Shown here one piece after another: positions 38,133-48,946 of a DNA stretch of 64,000 nucleotides. The notes beneath the pieces were generated by a model. It saw nothing but the letters and a program-made list of their open reading frames with translations, was not told the DNA's origin and searched no databases. Made by a program: the position numbers and the translations under genes. Source of the DNA: Escherichia phage fjerdesal. The first letter of the stretch is position 1. Every line of letters begins with the position of its first letter. Location: sequence record MN850605.1, one strand, 5' to 3'.

Positions 38133-38933
38133 TTAGTGCAGTTGCTCAGCAGACTCTTTTTCAGCCATAGCTGAGATTTGCTTCACAAAATCATCACCGA
38201 AGTTAATGCGTAGTTTTTCTTCAATGATTGAAGCACCAATGTTCACCAAAACATCATTGATGGCTTGCATACTAACGCCACCAGTCATCTCCTCAATGAA
38301 CTCAATACTTACACCCATCATCTGTGAAAGTTGGATTAGTGCAACGATATTCATCATCGTAGAGATAGCTGGAATCATCAGTGCAACTTTCACCTGAAGT
38401 GGTTCTATATCAGCTACAGAGTCATTTTCAACAGCTTCTTCCAAAGAATCTTTGGTTTGCTGGATAATTTCTTGGATTCGTGGGTTTAGTTCTTCTACCC
38501 CCCAATCAAGTTTTTCATATCGTGACAGCTTCTCTTCCATTCGCTTCTCAAGAGCAGCCATAACAGCACTTGTTGATGAAATTATCATGGAAATTAACTC
38601 ATTATTACCTAATGACAGTAATAAGTCCTTTTCTTCAGAGTTAAGGGAGATATAGTCATTTTTCTGCATCTCCTTAAAAATGAACTCTGCAAGAGCATCA
38701 ACACCTACGACTATAGATGCTAAAGCAAGTGTAGTGTCTGTCAACATCATGTTAACCTGTTCTGCAAAAGCACCGTTATCAGACTTGTCTTCAGGCAAGT
38801 TATAGCTTGAAGGCATAAACTGTTCTGTGTAGTTGTTCCCACGAAGAATCATAGCCATGCTTTCTACGGCATTGATTAAAAATGCTTCGTCAATACCTTT
38901 TTCTTCAAGCATCTTTTCTACATCGATATTCAT
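38133..38933 (-). CDS. hypothetical protein
   Basis: ORF. Confidence 0.4.
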   Translation of the reverse strand: MNIDVEKMLEEKGIDEAFLINAVESMAMILRGNNYTEQFMPSSYNLPEDKSDNGAFAEQVNMMLTDTTLALASIVVGVDALAEFIFKEMQKNDYISLNSEEKDLLLSLGNNELISMIISSTSAVMAALEKRMEEKLSRYEKLDWGVEELNPRIQEIIQQTKDSLEEAVENDSVADIEPLQVKVALMIPAISTMMNIVALIQLSQMMGVSIEFIEEMTGGVSMQAINDVLVNIGASIIEEKLRINFGDDFVKQISAMAEKESAEQLH

Positions 38934-38934
38934 A

Positions 38935-39357
38935 TTATTTCTCTCTCAGTTGGTTAAGTTTCTTTCTAGAACATTTTAAGTTTTCGGATGAAGAAAAGTC
39001 AAGTGTCTTTTCAGAACGTGGATAATAGTGCCTATCCCAAGAAGTTTCAACATCGTTAATCAGTGACGCTAGATTACACAGGTCTGTACCACTTTGCAAC
39101 CTCTTTTTAAGAGAATCTAGTAAAGCAACTGTGTCTTTAGCTTTACGTCTCGCTGTAGCAACATCTTTCATATGCTCAAATACAGAGCATTTTAAGTCAT
39201 CTTCATAGTTTTCAGACAACTCTATTTCATGTTGTATATCAACCATTCTCCTGTGATGGTGAGCATATTCCCGCTGAGCAGCAATGTCAAGTTCTTCCAA
39301 CTTCTGCAAAGCTCTAACAAAGTCAGCTATGTCTGGGTGAACAAACATTTTCTGCAT
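38935..39357 (-). CDS. hypothetical protein
   Basis: ORF. Confidence 0.4.
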   Translation of the reverse strand: MQKMFVHPDIADFVRALQKLEELDIAAQREYAHHHRRMVDIQHEIELSENYEDDLKCSVFEHMKDVATARRKAKDTVALLDSLKKRLQSGTDLCNLASLINDVETSWDRHYYPRSEKTLDFSSSENLKCSRKKLNQLREK

Positions 39358-39613
39358 GTAAGCCTCTTTTAAGTAACTATTAAGTTTTAATCTTTTATCT
39401 TAACGTATTCTATACGTTATACTTTAAAGCTTTTTAAAAGCTATTAAATAATCTTTTAAGAGTTTTAAAGTATCTGTATAGTTAAACTGTTAAGTAACCT
39501 TTTAAGTAAAACCCACTTCGCAAAGATTAACACCTTGTCAAGTACATTGTCAACTTGCTTTTTATAATTTTTTGCAGTAATGTATGAGGTTAATGATTTT
39601 AGAGGGAGTAAAA
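39358..39613. promoter_or_regulatory. divergent AT-rich switch region between leftward and rightward transcription units; TTGTCA/TATAAT-like hexamers
   Basis: seen in sequence; no ORF. Confidence 0.4.
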
Positions 39614-42313
39614 ATGGAAAACGTAGATTTTAAAAACTTACATTTGGTTGGTGATACAGAAACTGATGGTTTACTCCTTGAGTTCACTAAAGTTCACGTA
39701 ATGGCCTTTGCAGACTATAAATCTGACGATGAAGAGCCACCTGTATGGGTCTTTACAGATGAGCCTATCCTCGGTCACAAGTACACTAAGTACATTAAGG
39801 GTGGCTTACGAGAAGGTATTGAGTTTGCGTTAAAGGCAAAACGTCTTTGCATCCATAATGGTCTCGGTTATGACTGGTGGGTTTTCAATCACATTGCACC
39901 TGATTTATGGAACTTTGATAATCCAAAGTGTAAACCGTGGAGTAATTTCTTTCAGGACTCTCTTATCCAGTCTCGTGTTCAGTGGATGGATAGACCAACT
40001 CCAAAGGGTTATAAAGGTGCTCATGGTTTGGCTGCATGGGGTGCTCGTGTCGGTGTTCGTAAACCAGAGATTGAGCATTGGGGTGTGTGGAATGCAGAAA
40101 TCTTCACGCGTGTTGTAGAAGATATTCGTATTAACGCCAAAACTAAACGGGCACTTGATAATGAGTATCTCAAGCTTAAGAAGTGTGGCATAGACACTTA
40201 TGAAACCTACATGCGAGCTAAAGAAACATCTTTCTGGATGAGTCAACAAGCTATCAATGGTTGGAAAGCTGATAAAGAGCTTATGGAGTTCCATGTAAAG
40301 GAACTTGACAAGTTGACTAATGAGCTTGCTTCAGAGGTTGAACCACACCTTCCTCCAACTATTAAGACCAAAGGTAAAGTCACTGGAGAAGAGTTTGCAA
40401 AAGCTTGGAATGAGTATGTTGAAACATTTGGTCATGCAGATGGACTGAAGAGAATTACCAAGTATCCTAAGACAAAGTATCGTCAACAGGTGCGTAACGG
40501 TGAGATGCAGACATACGAAATCAAGCCATTTGGTAAGCCAACTACAAAGATTTTTAACATTGAAAAGAGGAATTGCTATACACCAACCAACTCTGTAACT
40601 GGCGAAGAGTACAAGGAAGGATTTGTAGCAATGAAGGATGCTCGTGCAATTTGCAATGAGTTGAACGCAAAGATTGGTAAGAAATGCAAAGACTGGAAGC
40701 CAGTAAAAACAGTTAAAACTGTGAAGTACTATAACAGTCATGTTGTTAACCACTTTGAACTTGAGTCAAGTCGCTACACAGGTTTGATTGATGCACCATA
40801 TACACCAATTGAGTTTGAAGTTTCTCGTATGACTCAGGTAGCAGTTGTTAAAGACTACTTGAAATCAGTTGGTTGGATTCCAGATGACTGGAACTACAAG
40901 AAAGACTCAGATGGTCGTCCTGTCAAAGTTTGTCGTTTCAAAGACAATAAAAAGATGATTACAAAACATCCTAAGTGGCAGGAGATGGTTGAACGGTGTG
41001 GCTTGAGTTATGTTGAACATGAAGGTGTCCAGTACATTGAGCATAACTGGTCTGTAAAGAAATACACAGATTTGCTTGAGCCTTGCTTAATCCGTACTTC
41101 ACCAAAACTTACTGAATCATCTTATGATACGATTGAAGGTGAACTTGGACAGAAGATTGCAAAGTACTATACCTTGATGCACAGACGCAGGACTATTGAG
41201 AACTCAAAGGATGATGAAAAAGGTTGGTTGAACCAGATTCGTCCTGATGGTCGCCTTAGTGCTGGTGCAATGGTGTTTGGTACTTCAACTGGACGTATGA
41301 CACAATATGGTATTGTAAACGTACCGTCTGGTGCTGCTGTCTATGGGGAACCAATGAGGGCAGTGTGGATTTGTGAGGAAGGTACTAACGTTGTCTCTGT
41401 AGATATGAACTCAGCCCAGCTAGTTCTTCTTTGTAACTTTATGGGTGATAAAGACTTCACCAAAGCGGTAACGCAAGGTAAAGAAGAAATTGAGTTCATT
41501 CGTCAAGAAGATGGACGCTATTACTGCAAACACTTTGATGAGTACCTCAACCCAGAGATTGATAAGTACCTTCGTTATGACTCTGAGAATGACCTGTATG
41601 TTGTCTATTCAGGGACTGATGCGCATACACTGAATAGTATTTACTTTAGCTTGAATGATGAGCAGGACATCTTGACTTGTCGTGCTACTCAGGATGAGAA
41701 CCTTCTCCATGAGATTAGTAAGGGTCGTAAGAAAGCTAAGAATGGTATCTATGCACTGCTGTTCGGTGCAGGTGATGAGAAGTTTGCTAAGACGATTAAA
41801 GCTGCAACTACTCAGGAAGGCGCACTAACTAAACAGACTTACTTTATTCGTTTGCCTAAAATTAAGAAGCTGCTAGATGACTTGGAAGCTGACTACAAAG
41901 CAACTAAAAAGGCACTTGAAGAGGTGTTTGGTAAGACTGCTGCAATCTCTAAAGGGGGTTTTGTAAAGGTTGCTGGAGCTTGGTTGTGGTGTAAATCTCC
42001 ACACAAACTGTTGAACTATCTTTTGATGGGTTCAGAGGCTCAGATTCAAAATGAGGCAATTAACCTTGCTTGTCGTCGTATGATTGACGAAGGTTTGATG
42101 AAGTTGAATGGTCGTCAACCAGCTATTGGTGCTCGTTTGCTCTGCGCATATCACGATGAAACAAGTTGGGAATGTCCAGAAAGTATGACGGCAGAAGTGA
42201 AAGCAGTTACTGACTGGTATTATGGACAAGCTTCTAAAAACTTAGGTCTTAAGAAAGAAACACTTGTTACAGGTACTGGTAAGGTTGGTAAAAGCTGGCT
42301 TGAGGTTCACTAA
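39614..42313 (+). CDS. DNA polymerase, family A, with 3'-5' exonuclease domain
   Basis: Exo I DTETDG; RKKAKNGIYALLFGAG (motif B-like); AYHDE (motif C); start set at ATG 39614 after GAGGGAG. Confidence 0.9.
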   Translation: MENVDFKNLHLVGDTETDGLLLEFTKVHVMAFADYKSDDEEPPVWVFTDEPILGHKYTKYIKGGLREGIEFALKAKRLCIHNGLGYDWWVFNHIAPDLWNFDNPKCKPWSNFFQDSLIQSRVQWMDRPTPKGYKGAHGLAAWGARVGVRKPEIEHWGVWNAEIFTRVVEDIRINAKTKRALDNEYLKLKKCGIDTYETYMRAKETSFWMSQQAINGWKADKELMEFHVKELDKLTNELASEVEPHLPPTIKTKGKVTGEEFAKAWNEYVETFGHADGLKRITKYPKTKYRQQVRNGEMQTYEIKPFGKPTTKIFNIEKRNCYTPTNSVTGEEYKEGFVAMKDARAICNELNAKIGKKCKDWKPVKTVKTVKYYNSHVVNHFELESSRYTGLIDAPYTPIEFEVSRMTQVAVVKDYLKSVGWIPDDWNYKKDSDGRPVKVCRFKDNKKMITKHPKWQEMVERCGLSYVEHEGVQYIEHNWSVKKYTDLLEPCLIRTSPKLTESSYDTIEGELGQKIAKYYTLMHRRRTIENSKDDEKGWLNQIRPDGRLSAGAMVFGTSTGRMTQYGIVNVPSGAAVYGEPMRAVWICEEGTNVVSVDMNSAQLVLLCNFMGDKDFTKAVTQGKEEIEFIRQEDGRYYCKHFDEYLNPEIDKYLRYDSENDLYVVYSGTDAHTLNSIYFSLNDEQDILTCRATQDENLLHEISKGRKKAKNGIYALLFGAGDEKFAKTIKAATTQEGALTKQTYFIRLPKIKKLLDDLEADYKATKKALEEVFGKTAAISKGGFVKVAGAWLWCKSPHKLLNYLLMGSEAQIQNEAINLACRRMIDEGLMKLNGRQPAIGARLLCAYHDETSWECPESMTAEVKAVTDWYYGQASKNLGLKKETLVTGTGKVGKSWLEVH

Positions 42314-42368
42314 TTAGTATTGACAAGGTGCTCATGGAAGAGTACCTTATACTGTATCTTATATAGGA

Positions 42369-42584
42369 GTGATTATGAGCCACCGTGGAAGAACCCATGC
42401 AGCAATGATGAAAGGTGCTTCAAAGGAAACCATCAAGAATCGTAAGCAGAAGTTGTTTGAGAGAATGAACAGGCTAATTGATAATTCATCTCTTTCAGGT
42501 TCTGAGAAGGTTTTCTTGAAAGGTAATCTGAAAAGCATTGCACAAGAGCTTATTGACATTGAATATTGGAGACATCAAAAATGA
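42369..42584 (+). CDS. hypothetical protein
   Basis: ORF. Confidence 0.4.
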   Translation: MIMSHRGRTHAAMMKGASKETIKNRKQKLFERMNRLIDNSSLSGSEKVFLKGNLKSIAQELIDIEYWRHQK

Positions 42585-42799
42585 CACTTGCAGACGTTAT
42601 TCAGCAACTTCATGATAACTGCTACACTCCAGAGTTAATTCAGGAGATGTCCATTGTAGTCATGCCTAGCAAGTTCGTAAAAACCTTTAACAACGACGCT
42701 TTAAGGTCTACACACATCCTTATCGTTGACGGTAAGATTGCAAAAGACCGTACTGGAGTACTCAAAGGTGAACGTATTGATATTCTGGAGTTGCTATGA
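42581..42799 (+). CDS. hypothetical protein
   Basis: ORF trimmed to second ATG (MTLADV). Confidence 0.35.
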   Translation: MTLADVIQQLHDNCYTPELIQEMSIVVMPSKFVKTFNNDALRSTHILIVDGKIAKDRTGVLKGERIDILELL

Positions 42800-42931
42800 A
42801 GAAGATGTACAGTCTCTGGGGAAGGGTTGGTAAAGGTTTTGACTGGACACTTCTTTGTTCAAACGTTAAACGTAGTGAATTACCAGAACTCATCACTCAC
42901 TATTTAAAAACATACAGAGAGGTAGACTATC

Positions 42932-43189
42932 GTGAACAATAAGGTTAAGAGTTGTGTGAAAGCAATGGTTGCACTTGGAGTAATTTTTCTGGCTGGCTGC
43001 AACCCATCTTATGAAAACAAAGATGCTTCTTACAGCCTCCCTCCAGAGATGCAAGACTGCAAAATCTACAAACTCAATGGTGATGCTATAAGTAGAGATA
43101 TTGTTGTTGTCAGATGCCCAAACTCTCAAACAACAACATCTTATAGCTATGGCAAAAATGGTCAATCACATACCACGGTTATTGAGTGA
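42932..43189 (+). CDS. putative lipoprotein
   Basis: signal peptide with lipobox LAGC. Confidence 0.4.
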   Translation: MNNKVKSCVKAMVALGVIFLAGCNPSYENKDASYSLPPEMQDCKIYKLNGDAISRDIVVVRCPNSQTTTSYSYGKNGQSHTTVIE

Positions 43190-43199
43190 GGTTTTTACG

Positions 43200-43406
43200 A
43201 TGGAAGTATTAGTAAACTATATCTATCGTTATGATGTTGTTCACTCCACTACAACTGTAGCTCAACGCAATCCAATAGTTCCACGAGAAGGTGAGCTTGT
43301 TCGCATTGATGGTTGGACTTACACTGTGGAAAGCATCATTCATAAGTTTGATGTTGCTGGTGATGTTCAAGTTATCGACGTGGAAATTGGTGGTAAGAGA
43401 AAATGA
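43200..43406 (+). CDS. hypothetical protein
   Basis: ORF 43101-43406 trimmed to ATG at 43200. Confidence 0.35.
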   Translation: MEVLVNYIYRYDVVHSTTTVAQRNPIVPREGELVRIDGWTYTVESIIHKFDVAGDVQVIDVEIGGKRK

Positions 43407-43562
43407 AATCTAAGCAAACAATGACAGATGCAATCTTCACAGTACACAGTTTCGAAAGGTTGCACATTAAAGATGTAAAAAATACACCAAAATGCGTTGT
43501 ACATTTCATTAAAAGACGTAGTGAGAGGTCTTATATAAAATCTGACACAGGCGAGAGTACAA

Positions 43563-43781
43563 ATGGGTAAAGATAATAAATTTCAGAACGCAGTTCTTAC
43601 AGAAGATGGTGAGCTTGAAACATTCATTCTTCGTGTTGATGGTAAGTTATTCCGGTGTCGTTGTGGGTCAAACTGTTTCCATAAACCAGATAAAAACGAC
43701 TTAGAGCTTTACGCATGTAATGCTTGCAACACTTGGTATCACTCAGAGGTTAAAAATGACAATTCTGTACAAACAAAATAA
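43563..43781 (+). CDS. small zinc-finger protein
   Basis: CRCG...C and CNACN cysteine pairs. Confidence 0.4.
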   Translation: MGKDNKFQNAVLTEDGELETFILRVDGKLFRCRCGSNCFHKPDKNDLELYACNACNTWYHSEVKNDNSVQTK

Positions 43782-44859
43782 AGATGGTTCCTTCAACGTC
43801 TGGTCATGTGTTGCTGTAGGTGACAAAGTTATCACAACCTATGGTAAAGAAAATGGCAAGATGATGTTTGAAGAGTACACAGCAGAGCCTAAGAACATCG
43901 GTAAAAAGAATGAGCGTAATGCTGAACAGCAAGCTCTCTTTGAAGTTGCTGCTAAGTATAAAAAGCAAGTTGACCGTAAAGGTTATGCTTACACAAAAGA
44001 GTCTGCACAGAATACTGAGAAGGTAGGTGTACAGCTTGCTCATGATGCTGCAAAGGTTAGTCATGCAAAGTATCTGAAGTTCCCTGCTGATGCTCAACCA
44101 AAACTTGATGGTGTCCGTTGTAGAATTTCAAGACACTTGAGTATTGGCAGTGTATTTACAGCATATTCTCGTGAGAATACTGTTTACAAAATCCCTACTG
44201 AGCTAATACCTGACATTATGGCAATGTTAAGGCTCCACAAAGATGTTGATGAATTTGATGGAGAGATTTATGCTCATGGGTGGGACTTAGAAGATATCGT
44301 CTCCATGATTAAAAATGAAGACAATCCTGACAGACACTTACTCAAGTTTTACTGGTATGATATCTGTGACAGTACTAAGACGTGGCCTGAGCGTAGAGAT
44401 ATTATTGAGACTTCACCATTGAATGACTTCAGAGACGGCTGTAAAGTTGTTCCTGTTAAGTCTCGTCGTGTGAACTCTTGGGAAGAGTTTGATGAAGCTC
44501 ATGATAAGTGGGTTGAAGCTAAGTTTGAAGGTGCAATGTACCGTTCAATCTCTGAAGAATCTTTCTATGAGTGTGGTCACCGTTCATACTTCTTGATTAA
44601 GCACAAGAAGATGCACACTGAAGAGTTTAAAGTGACTGGTGTCAAGACTGATAAACGTGGCCACGGTAAGTTCGTTGTAGAGACTCTTCCTAATGTCTTT
44701 GTAGATGTCTCATGGAAGACTACTCATGAGAAGAAACAGTATCTTGCTGAACATCCTGAAGAGTTTATCGGGAAACCTTTAACTGTTCAGTTCCAGAAGA
44801 TGACTCGTAAGGGTTCTTTACAGTTCCCTGTCGGGCTAGTTATTAGGGATTATGAATAG
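43756..44859 (+). CDS. ATP-dependent DNA ligase
   Basis: adenylation motif I KLDGVRC; size typical of small phage ligases; start at ATG 43756 after GAGG. Confidence 0.75.
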   Translation: MTILYKQNKDGSFNVWSCVAVGDKVITTYGKENGKMMFEEYTAEPKNIGKKNERNAEQQALFEVAAKYKKQVDRKGYAYTKESAQNTEKVGVQLAHDAAKVSHAKYLKFPADAQPKLDGVRCRISRHLSIGSVFTAYSRENTVYKIPTELIPDIMAMLRLHKDVDEFDGEIYAHGWDLEDIVSMIKNEDNPDRHLLKFYWYDICDSTKTWPERRDIIETSPLNDFRDGCKVVPVKSRRVNSWEEFDEAHDKWVEAKFEGAMYRSISEESFYECGHRSYFLIKHKKMHTEEFKVTGVKTDKRGHGKFVVETLPNVFVDVSWKTTHEKKQYLAEHPEEFIGKPLTVQFQKMTRKGSLQFPVGLVIRDYE

Positions 44860-45101
44860 TGAAAAGAGAGATTATCAAGTTTACAAATACGGGTAGTTGT
44901 TGTCCGGTTCATGATAAGTACCCTAGCAACACTTACAAGAATAGGCGCTCTATCAAGAAGAGGTCACTCTTTATTAAGAAAGAGCACAGGCATGTGAGGC
45001 GGGTTGTTAAGCAAAATCTTCATAAAACTTTATTAGAAAGTTGTTGACATAGAAAATTTGGTGAGTATACTGAGCAGCATAAACCAACGGGTACTCACCA
45101 G

Positions 45102-45400
45102 CATCACTTAAGAGTCTTCTAAGAGGGTTTTTAAGTGATGTCCGGTAGGGCGAGGTCGGGTTTGGTATTGTCCGGTATGGTCGGGTAAAGTACAGTACGG
45201 CAAGGTAAAGTAGGGTATGGGTAGTTAATCGGAGCTACATTAAAATTCGATTGCATCACTTAAGAGCCTTTAAATTATACTCGATAGGTTATCTCATAGG
45301 GTTTTTAAGTAATGTTTGGCAAGGCAAGGTGCAGCCCGGTCGGGTAAGGCGCGGTGAGGTATGGTAAAGTGTGGGTGGATGGTAGTAGCCACGTTAAAAA
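45102..45400. repeat. composite repeat copy 1: palindromic hairpin (45102-45140), 10-bp-phased GGT decamer array (45141-45225), 53-bp conserved core (45214-45266), degenerate hairpin, second GGT array (45315-45385)
   Basis: seen in sequence; core matches 46623-46675 with one mismatch. Confidence 0.6.
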
Positions 45401-45464
45401 TCTACCAAGTTTCTAAAGAGTCTTCTGTTGAGGGTTCTTTACAAACAACTTAACAATCAACTAA

Positions 45465-46070
<606 letters not shown>

Positions 46071-46072
46071 TT

Positions 46073-46513
46073 ATGAATACAAAAGCATTAGCAGCAAAGT
46101 TTAGTTACGGTGATACTGTATCACATTCTGAGATGGACACCTTCTTAGGTATTGTGAAGCCAACTTATCAAGGTGACATTGTTAAGTACGAAGATGAAAT
46201 GAAGGCTTATGCACTTACACGTCTAAACCGACTTGAGAAGTTTATTGAAAAGCTTCTTAAAGAAGAGAAGATTTATCTGGTTGCTTCAATGGGTGTTGGT
46301 TATCGTGTGGTTGAACCTAAGCATCAAGCAACTATTGCAAAACGTAAAATGTCTGGTAAGATTGGTCGTGCTTTAAAGCAAGCCACTCAAGCGATTGAGA
46401 ATGTGAACACTATGGCACTTAGTCATCAAGAACGTTCACGACTGATTGAACAGCAAAACCATTTAGCTGCTATGAAAGCTAACATTAACAAGCAACGTAG
46501 AAAACCTTTCTAA
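46073..46513 (+). CDS. hypothetical protein
   Basis: ORF. Confidence 0.45.
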   Translation: MNTKALAAKFSYGDTVSHSEMDTFLGIVKPTYQGDIVKYEDEMKAYALTRLNRLEKFIEKLLKEEKIYLVASMGVGYRVVEPKHQATIAKRKMSGKIGRALKQATQAIENVNTMALSHQERSRLIEQQNHLAAMKANINKQRRKPF

Positions 46514-46524
46514 GTTGACTAGGA

Positions 46525-46540
46525 AGCCTCTTCGGAGGCT
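46525..46540 (+). terminator. hairpin AGCCTC-TTCG-GAGGCT followed by CCTTTTT
   Basis: seen in sequence. Confidence 0.6.
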
Positions 46541-46576
46541 CCTTTTTAAAAGGTCTTTAAACAGGGTCTTTTAATA

Positions 46577-46857
46577 AGGTAGGATAGGGTGGTGTATGGT
46601 TTGGTAAGGTTGTGTAAGGTAAGGTATGGGTAGTTAATCGGAGCTACATTAAAATTCGATTACATCACTTAAGAGTCTTCTAAGAGGATTTTTAAGTGAT
46701 GCTCTGTCGGGTTTGGTCGGGTTTGGTAGGGTTTGGTAGGGTGTGGCTCGGTATGGTGTGGTTTGGTGTGGTAAGGTATGGAAGGATGGCAGTAGCCTTA
46801 TAAAAAATCTGCCAAATAAGCTATAAAATCTGTTGACAAGTCAGGTGTTATAGCTTA
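46577..46857. repeat. composite repeat copy 2: GGT decamer array (46577-46632), conserved core (46623-46675), hairpin CATCACTTAA...TTAAGTGATG (46663-46701), second GGT array (46702-46795), then palindrome AAGCTATAA...TTATAGCTT around a TTGACA box
   Basis: seen in sequence. Confidence 0.6.
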
Positions 46858-46905
46858 TTTTTATACTCAATGTAATACAAAATTTAATATAACTTTGAGG
46901 TCATT

Positions 46906-47289
46906 ATGAAAAAGATTTTATTAGCTGCTGCAATGGTTATGGCAATGAATTTACCAGTCAATGCAACAGAACTCCCAAATGTGGACTTATCAGGTGTTCC
47001 AGAAGACACTTGCCAGATTGTTAAAGGTGTTGCTCTAGCTAATGGTGAGCTACTTAAACCAATCTCTGAAGAGTCTTTGACAGAGATGACTGATAAGGTA
47101 ACTGACTATCAATATCGCGTTCTTGCAGAGTATTTCCTGCAATCTGCAAACATTAAAGAGAAACACCATGATGATATTGATGTACAGGCGATGCTCAACC
47201 ACCGTATCCAGTTTAAAGAAGATTTGATGCAAAAAGCTATGTACGGTGTTGAGTATTTCTTAGAAAACAGAAGCTGCACAGGTATTTGA
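46906..47289 (+). CDS. secreted protein of unknown function
   Basis: N-terminal signal peptide MKKILLAAAMVMAMNLPVNA. Confidence 0.45.
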   Translation: MKKILLAAAMVMAMNLPVNATELPNVDLSGVPEDTCQIVKGVALANGELLKPISEESLTEMTDKVTDYQYRVLAEYFLQSANIKEKHHDDIDVQAMLNHRIQFKEDLMQKAMYGVEYFLENRSCTGI

Positions 47290-47290
47290 T

Positions 47291-47503
47291 ATGGCTCTTA
47301 AAAAGTTACATCCCAGAAGCGGTTATGGTAAGATAATTGACGATACAGATGGCTTTACAGTCTTTACAGTTATCTGTCAAGATGATTCACAGATTGAAAA
47401 GGCTCTTGATGATTATCTTAACGATGAACGTGAAAAGGTTAGGGCTACAAACATAGATTCATTGATTGACACTTCACGCAAACGGAAGAAGAAAGATGAA
47501 TGA
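47291..47503 (+). CDS. hypothetical protein
   Basis: ORF. Confidence 0.4.
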   Translation: MALKKLHPRSGYGKIIDDTDGFTVFTVICQDDSQIEKALDDYLNDEREKVRATNIDSLIDTSRKRKKKDE

Positions 47504-47795
47504 GGTTTTTGACCCTTATGCCCCACAAGATGATTGGGAGGCTGATAGAGAGACTGAAATGGAGAGTTATATTTGTCCAATGGATGTAGACGAAATGAGA
47601 GGCTTCGTTGCACATCGTTTTAAGAGAGAGATTAAATCCAGAGGTCTTTCTCAAGAGCAAGTTGCTAAAATTTGTGGTATCTCTCAAGCTCGTGTATCCA
47701 ACATAATCCACCTCACTGGGAATGTTTCTCTTGAGTATATGTTGGAAGTATGTGAAAAATTTGGTGTTAATTTCAATTTAAGGTTGGCAGATTAA
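47496..47795 (+). CDS. helix-turn-helix DNA-binding protein (XRE-like)
   Basis: LSQEQVAKICGISQARVSNI resembles an HTH; start set at ATG 47496. Confidence 0.45.
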   Translation: MNEVFDPYAPQDDWEADRETEMESYICPMDVDEMRGFVAHRFKREIKSRGLSQEQVAKICGISQARVSNIIHLTGNVSLEYMLEVCEKFGVNFNLRLAD

Positions 47796-47796
47796 T

Positions 47797-48156
47797 ATGA
47801 AACGTGAAAACATTATCCACTCTGAAAACTTCGCATTAGGCTTTTATGGTGTACCTACTCACCTTGAAAAGTATTATGGTGTAAAGATTCTTTCCAATCT
47901 CATTACGGCTTACAAAGATGGTAAGATTAAGCATACTGAGAAGAAACGTGTCATGGGTTATATGGCTGTAGGTTCAGCAATCTCGAACATTAAGTTGGAA
48001 ACAACTAGCAGTCAGATTGTAAAAGACCACTTCATCAAAGAGCTTTACCAAAATCTTGATGGTGTAGATGTTCAGGCTGTTTGGCTGGATGTTGATGGTC
48101 ATAACTACACAAGTTTTGTTTTCAAAAACGATGACATTAAGTGCTTGTTCCCATAA
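47797..48156 (+). CDS. hypothetical protein
   Basis: ORF. Confidence 0.4.
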   Translation: MKRENIIHSENFALGFYGVPTHLEKYYGVKILSNLITAYKDGKIKHTEKKRVMGYMAVGSAISNIKLETTSSQIVKDHFIKELYQNLDGVDVQAVWLDVDGHNYTSFVFKNDDIKCLFP

Positions 48157-48169
48157 TAGGTGATTAACT

Positions 48170-48685
48170 ATGATTGATATCTTCTTACAAGATGCTCATG
48201 CAGATTTCCTTAAAGAGATGCTTAAAAAGTTTATGGCTTCACAGTATGAGAATGAAGCATCTTTTAAAATAGTTACATGTGGCGATGAAGCTGGTTTTGT
48301 TGAGATTGAGCATGAAGGTACTGGAAAGACTGTTTGTAAGTTACCTGATAGTATGTTCTCTAAAACGTTCTTAACAAAGACTAGTATAAATGTTAAGCTT
48401 GTACCACAGATTGAAACATACTCTGGTACAGATTACCCTAAAGGGTTTAAGTCACTGATGAAGTACTTCTTAGATGACTTTGTGGGTAATCTTCTGAGGG
48501 AGGTAAAAGAAAGTCGTACAGTGTTAACTGTAGAGAACATGGGAGGAACTATAAAGGTTACTTCTGACTGTTTTGTTATGAGCCTCTTCGACTTCGTTCC
48601 TAAGAACTTTGATGGTATTCTGGATGAAGAAGATGACTGTGTAGACTTTATATTGGTTCTTGAGCCAGTTTTTGAGGTTAAATAG
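48170..48685 (+). CDS. hypothetical protein
   Basis: ORF. Confidence 0.4.
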   Translation: MIDIFLQDAHADFLKEMLKKFMASQYENEASFKIVTCGDEAGFVEIEHEGTGKTVCKLPDSMFSKTFLTKTSINVKLVPQIETYSGTDYPKGFKSLMKYFLDDFVGNLLREVKESRTVLTVENMGGTIKVTSDCFVMSLFDFVPKNFDGILDEEDDCVDFILVLEPVFEVK

Positions 48686-48946
48686 ATGAAAATTGAACAC
48701 TGCTATGAGTCTGATGGAACACCTATCCGATGCCCACATTGTGGATGTACAGACTTACAAGGTGAAGTTCATGTGATTGTTAATGGTCATATAGCTGAAG
48801 AGAGTACAACATGTGTTGGTTGTGGTGAGCATCTATCATTCTGGGCTTATGGTTCATACCAACCTACACCACACTTAATCTACCATAGCAATAAAGCTGT
48901 GAAGAATGTTATCAACTGGTTTATTAAGAAAGGATTTACAAAATGA
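48686..48946 (+). CDS. small zinc-ribbon protein
   Basis: CPHCGC...CVGCG. Confidence 0.4.
   Translation: MKIEHCYESDGTPIRCPHCGCTDLQGEVHVIVNGHIAEESTTCVGCGEHLSFWAYGSYQPTPHLIYHSNKAVKNVINWFIKKGFTK

Noticed and set aside
39858-40753. ORFs (86-140 aa) overlapping the DNA polymerase gene on both strands
   Set aside because: Shadow ORFs inside a 2.7 kb gene with clear polymerase motifs.
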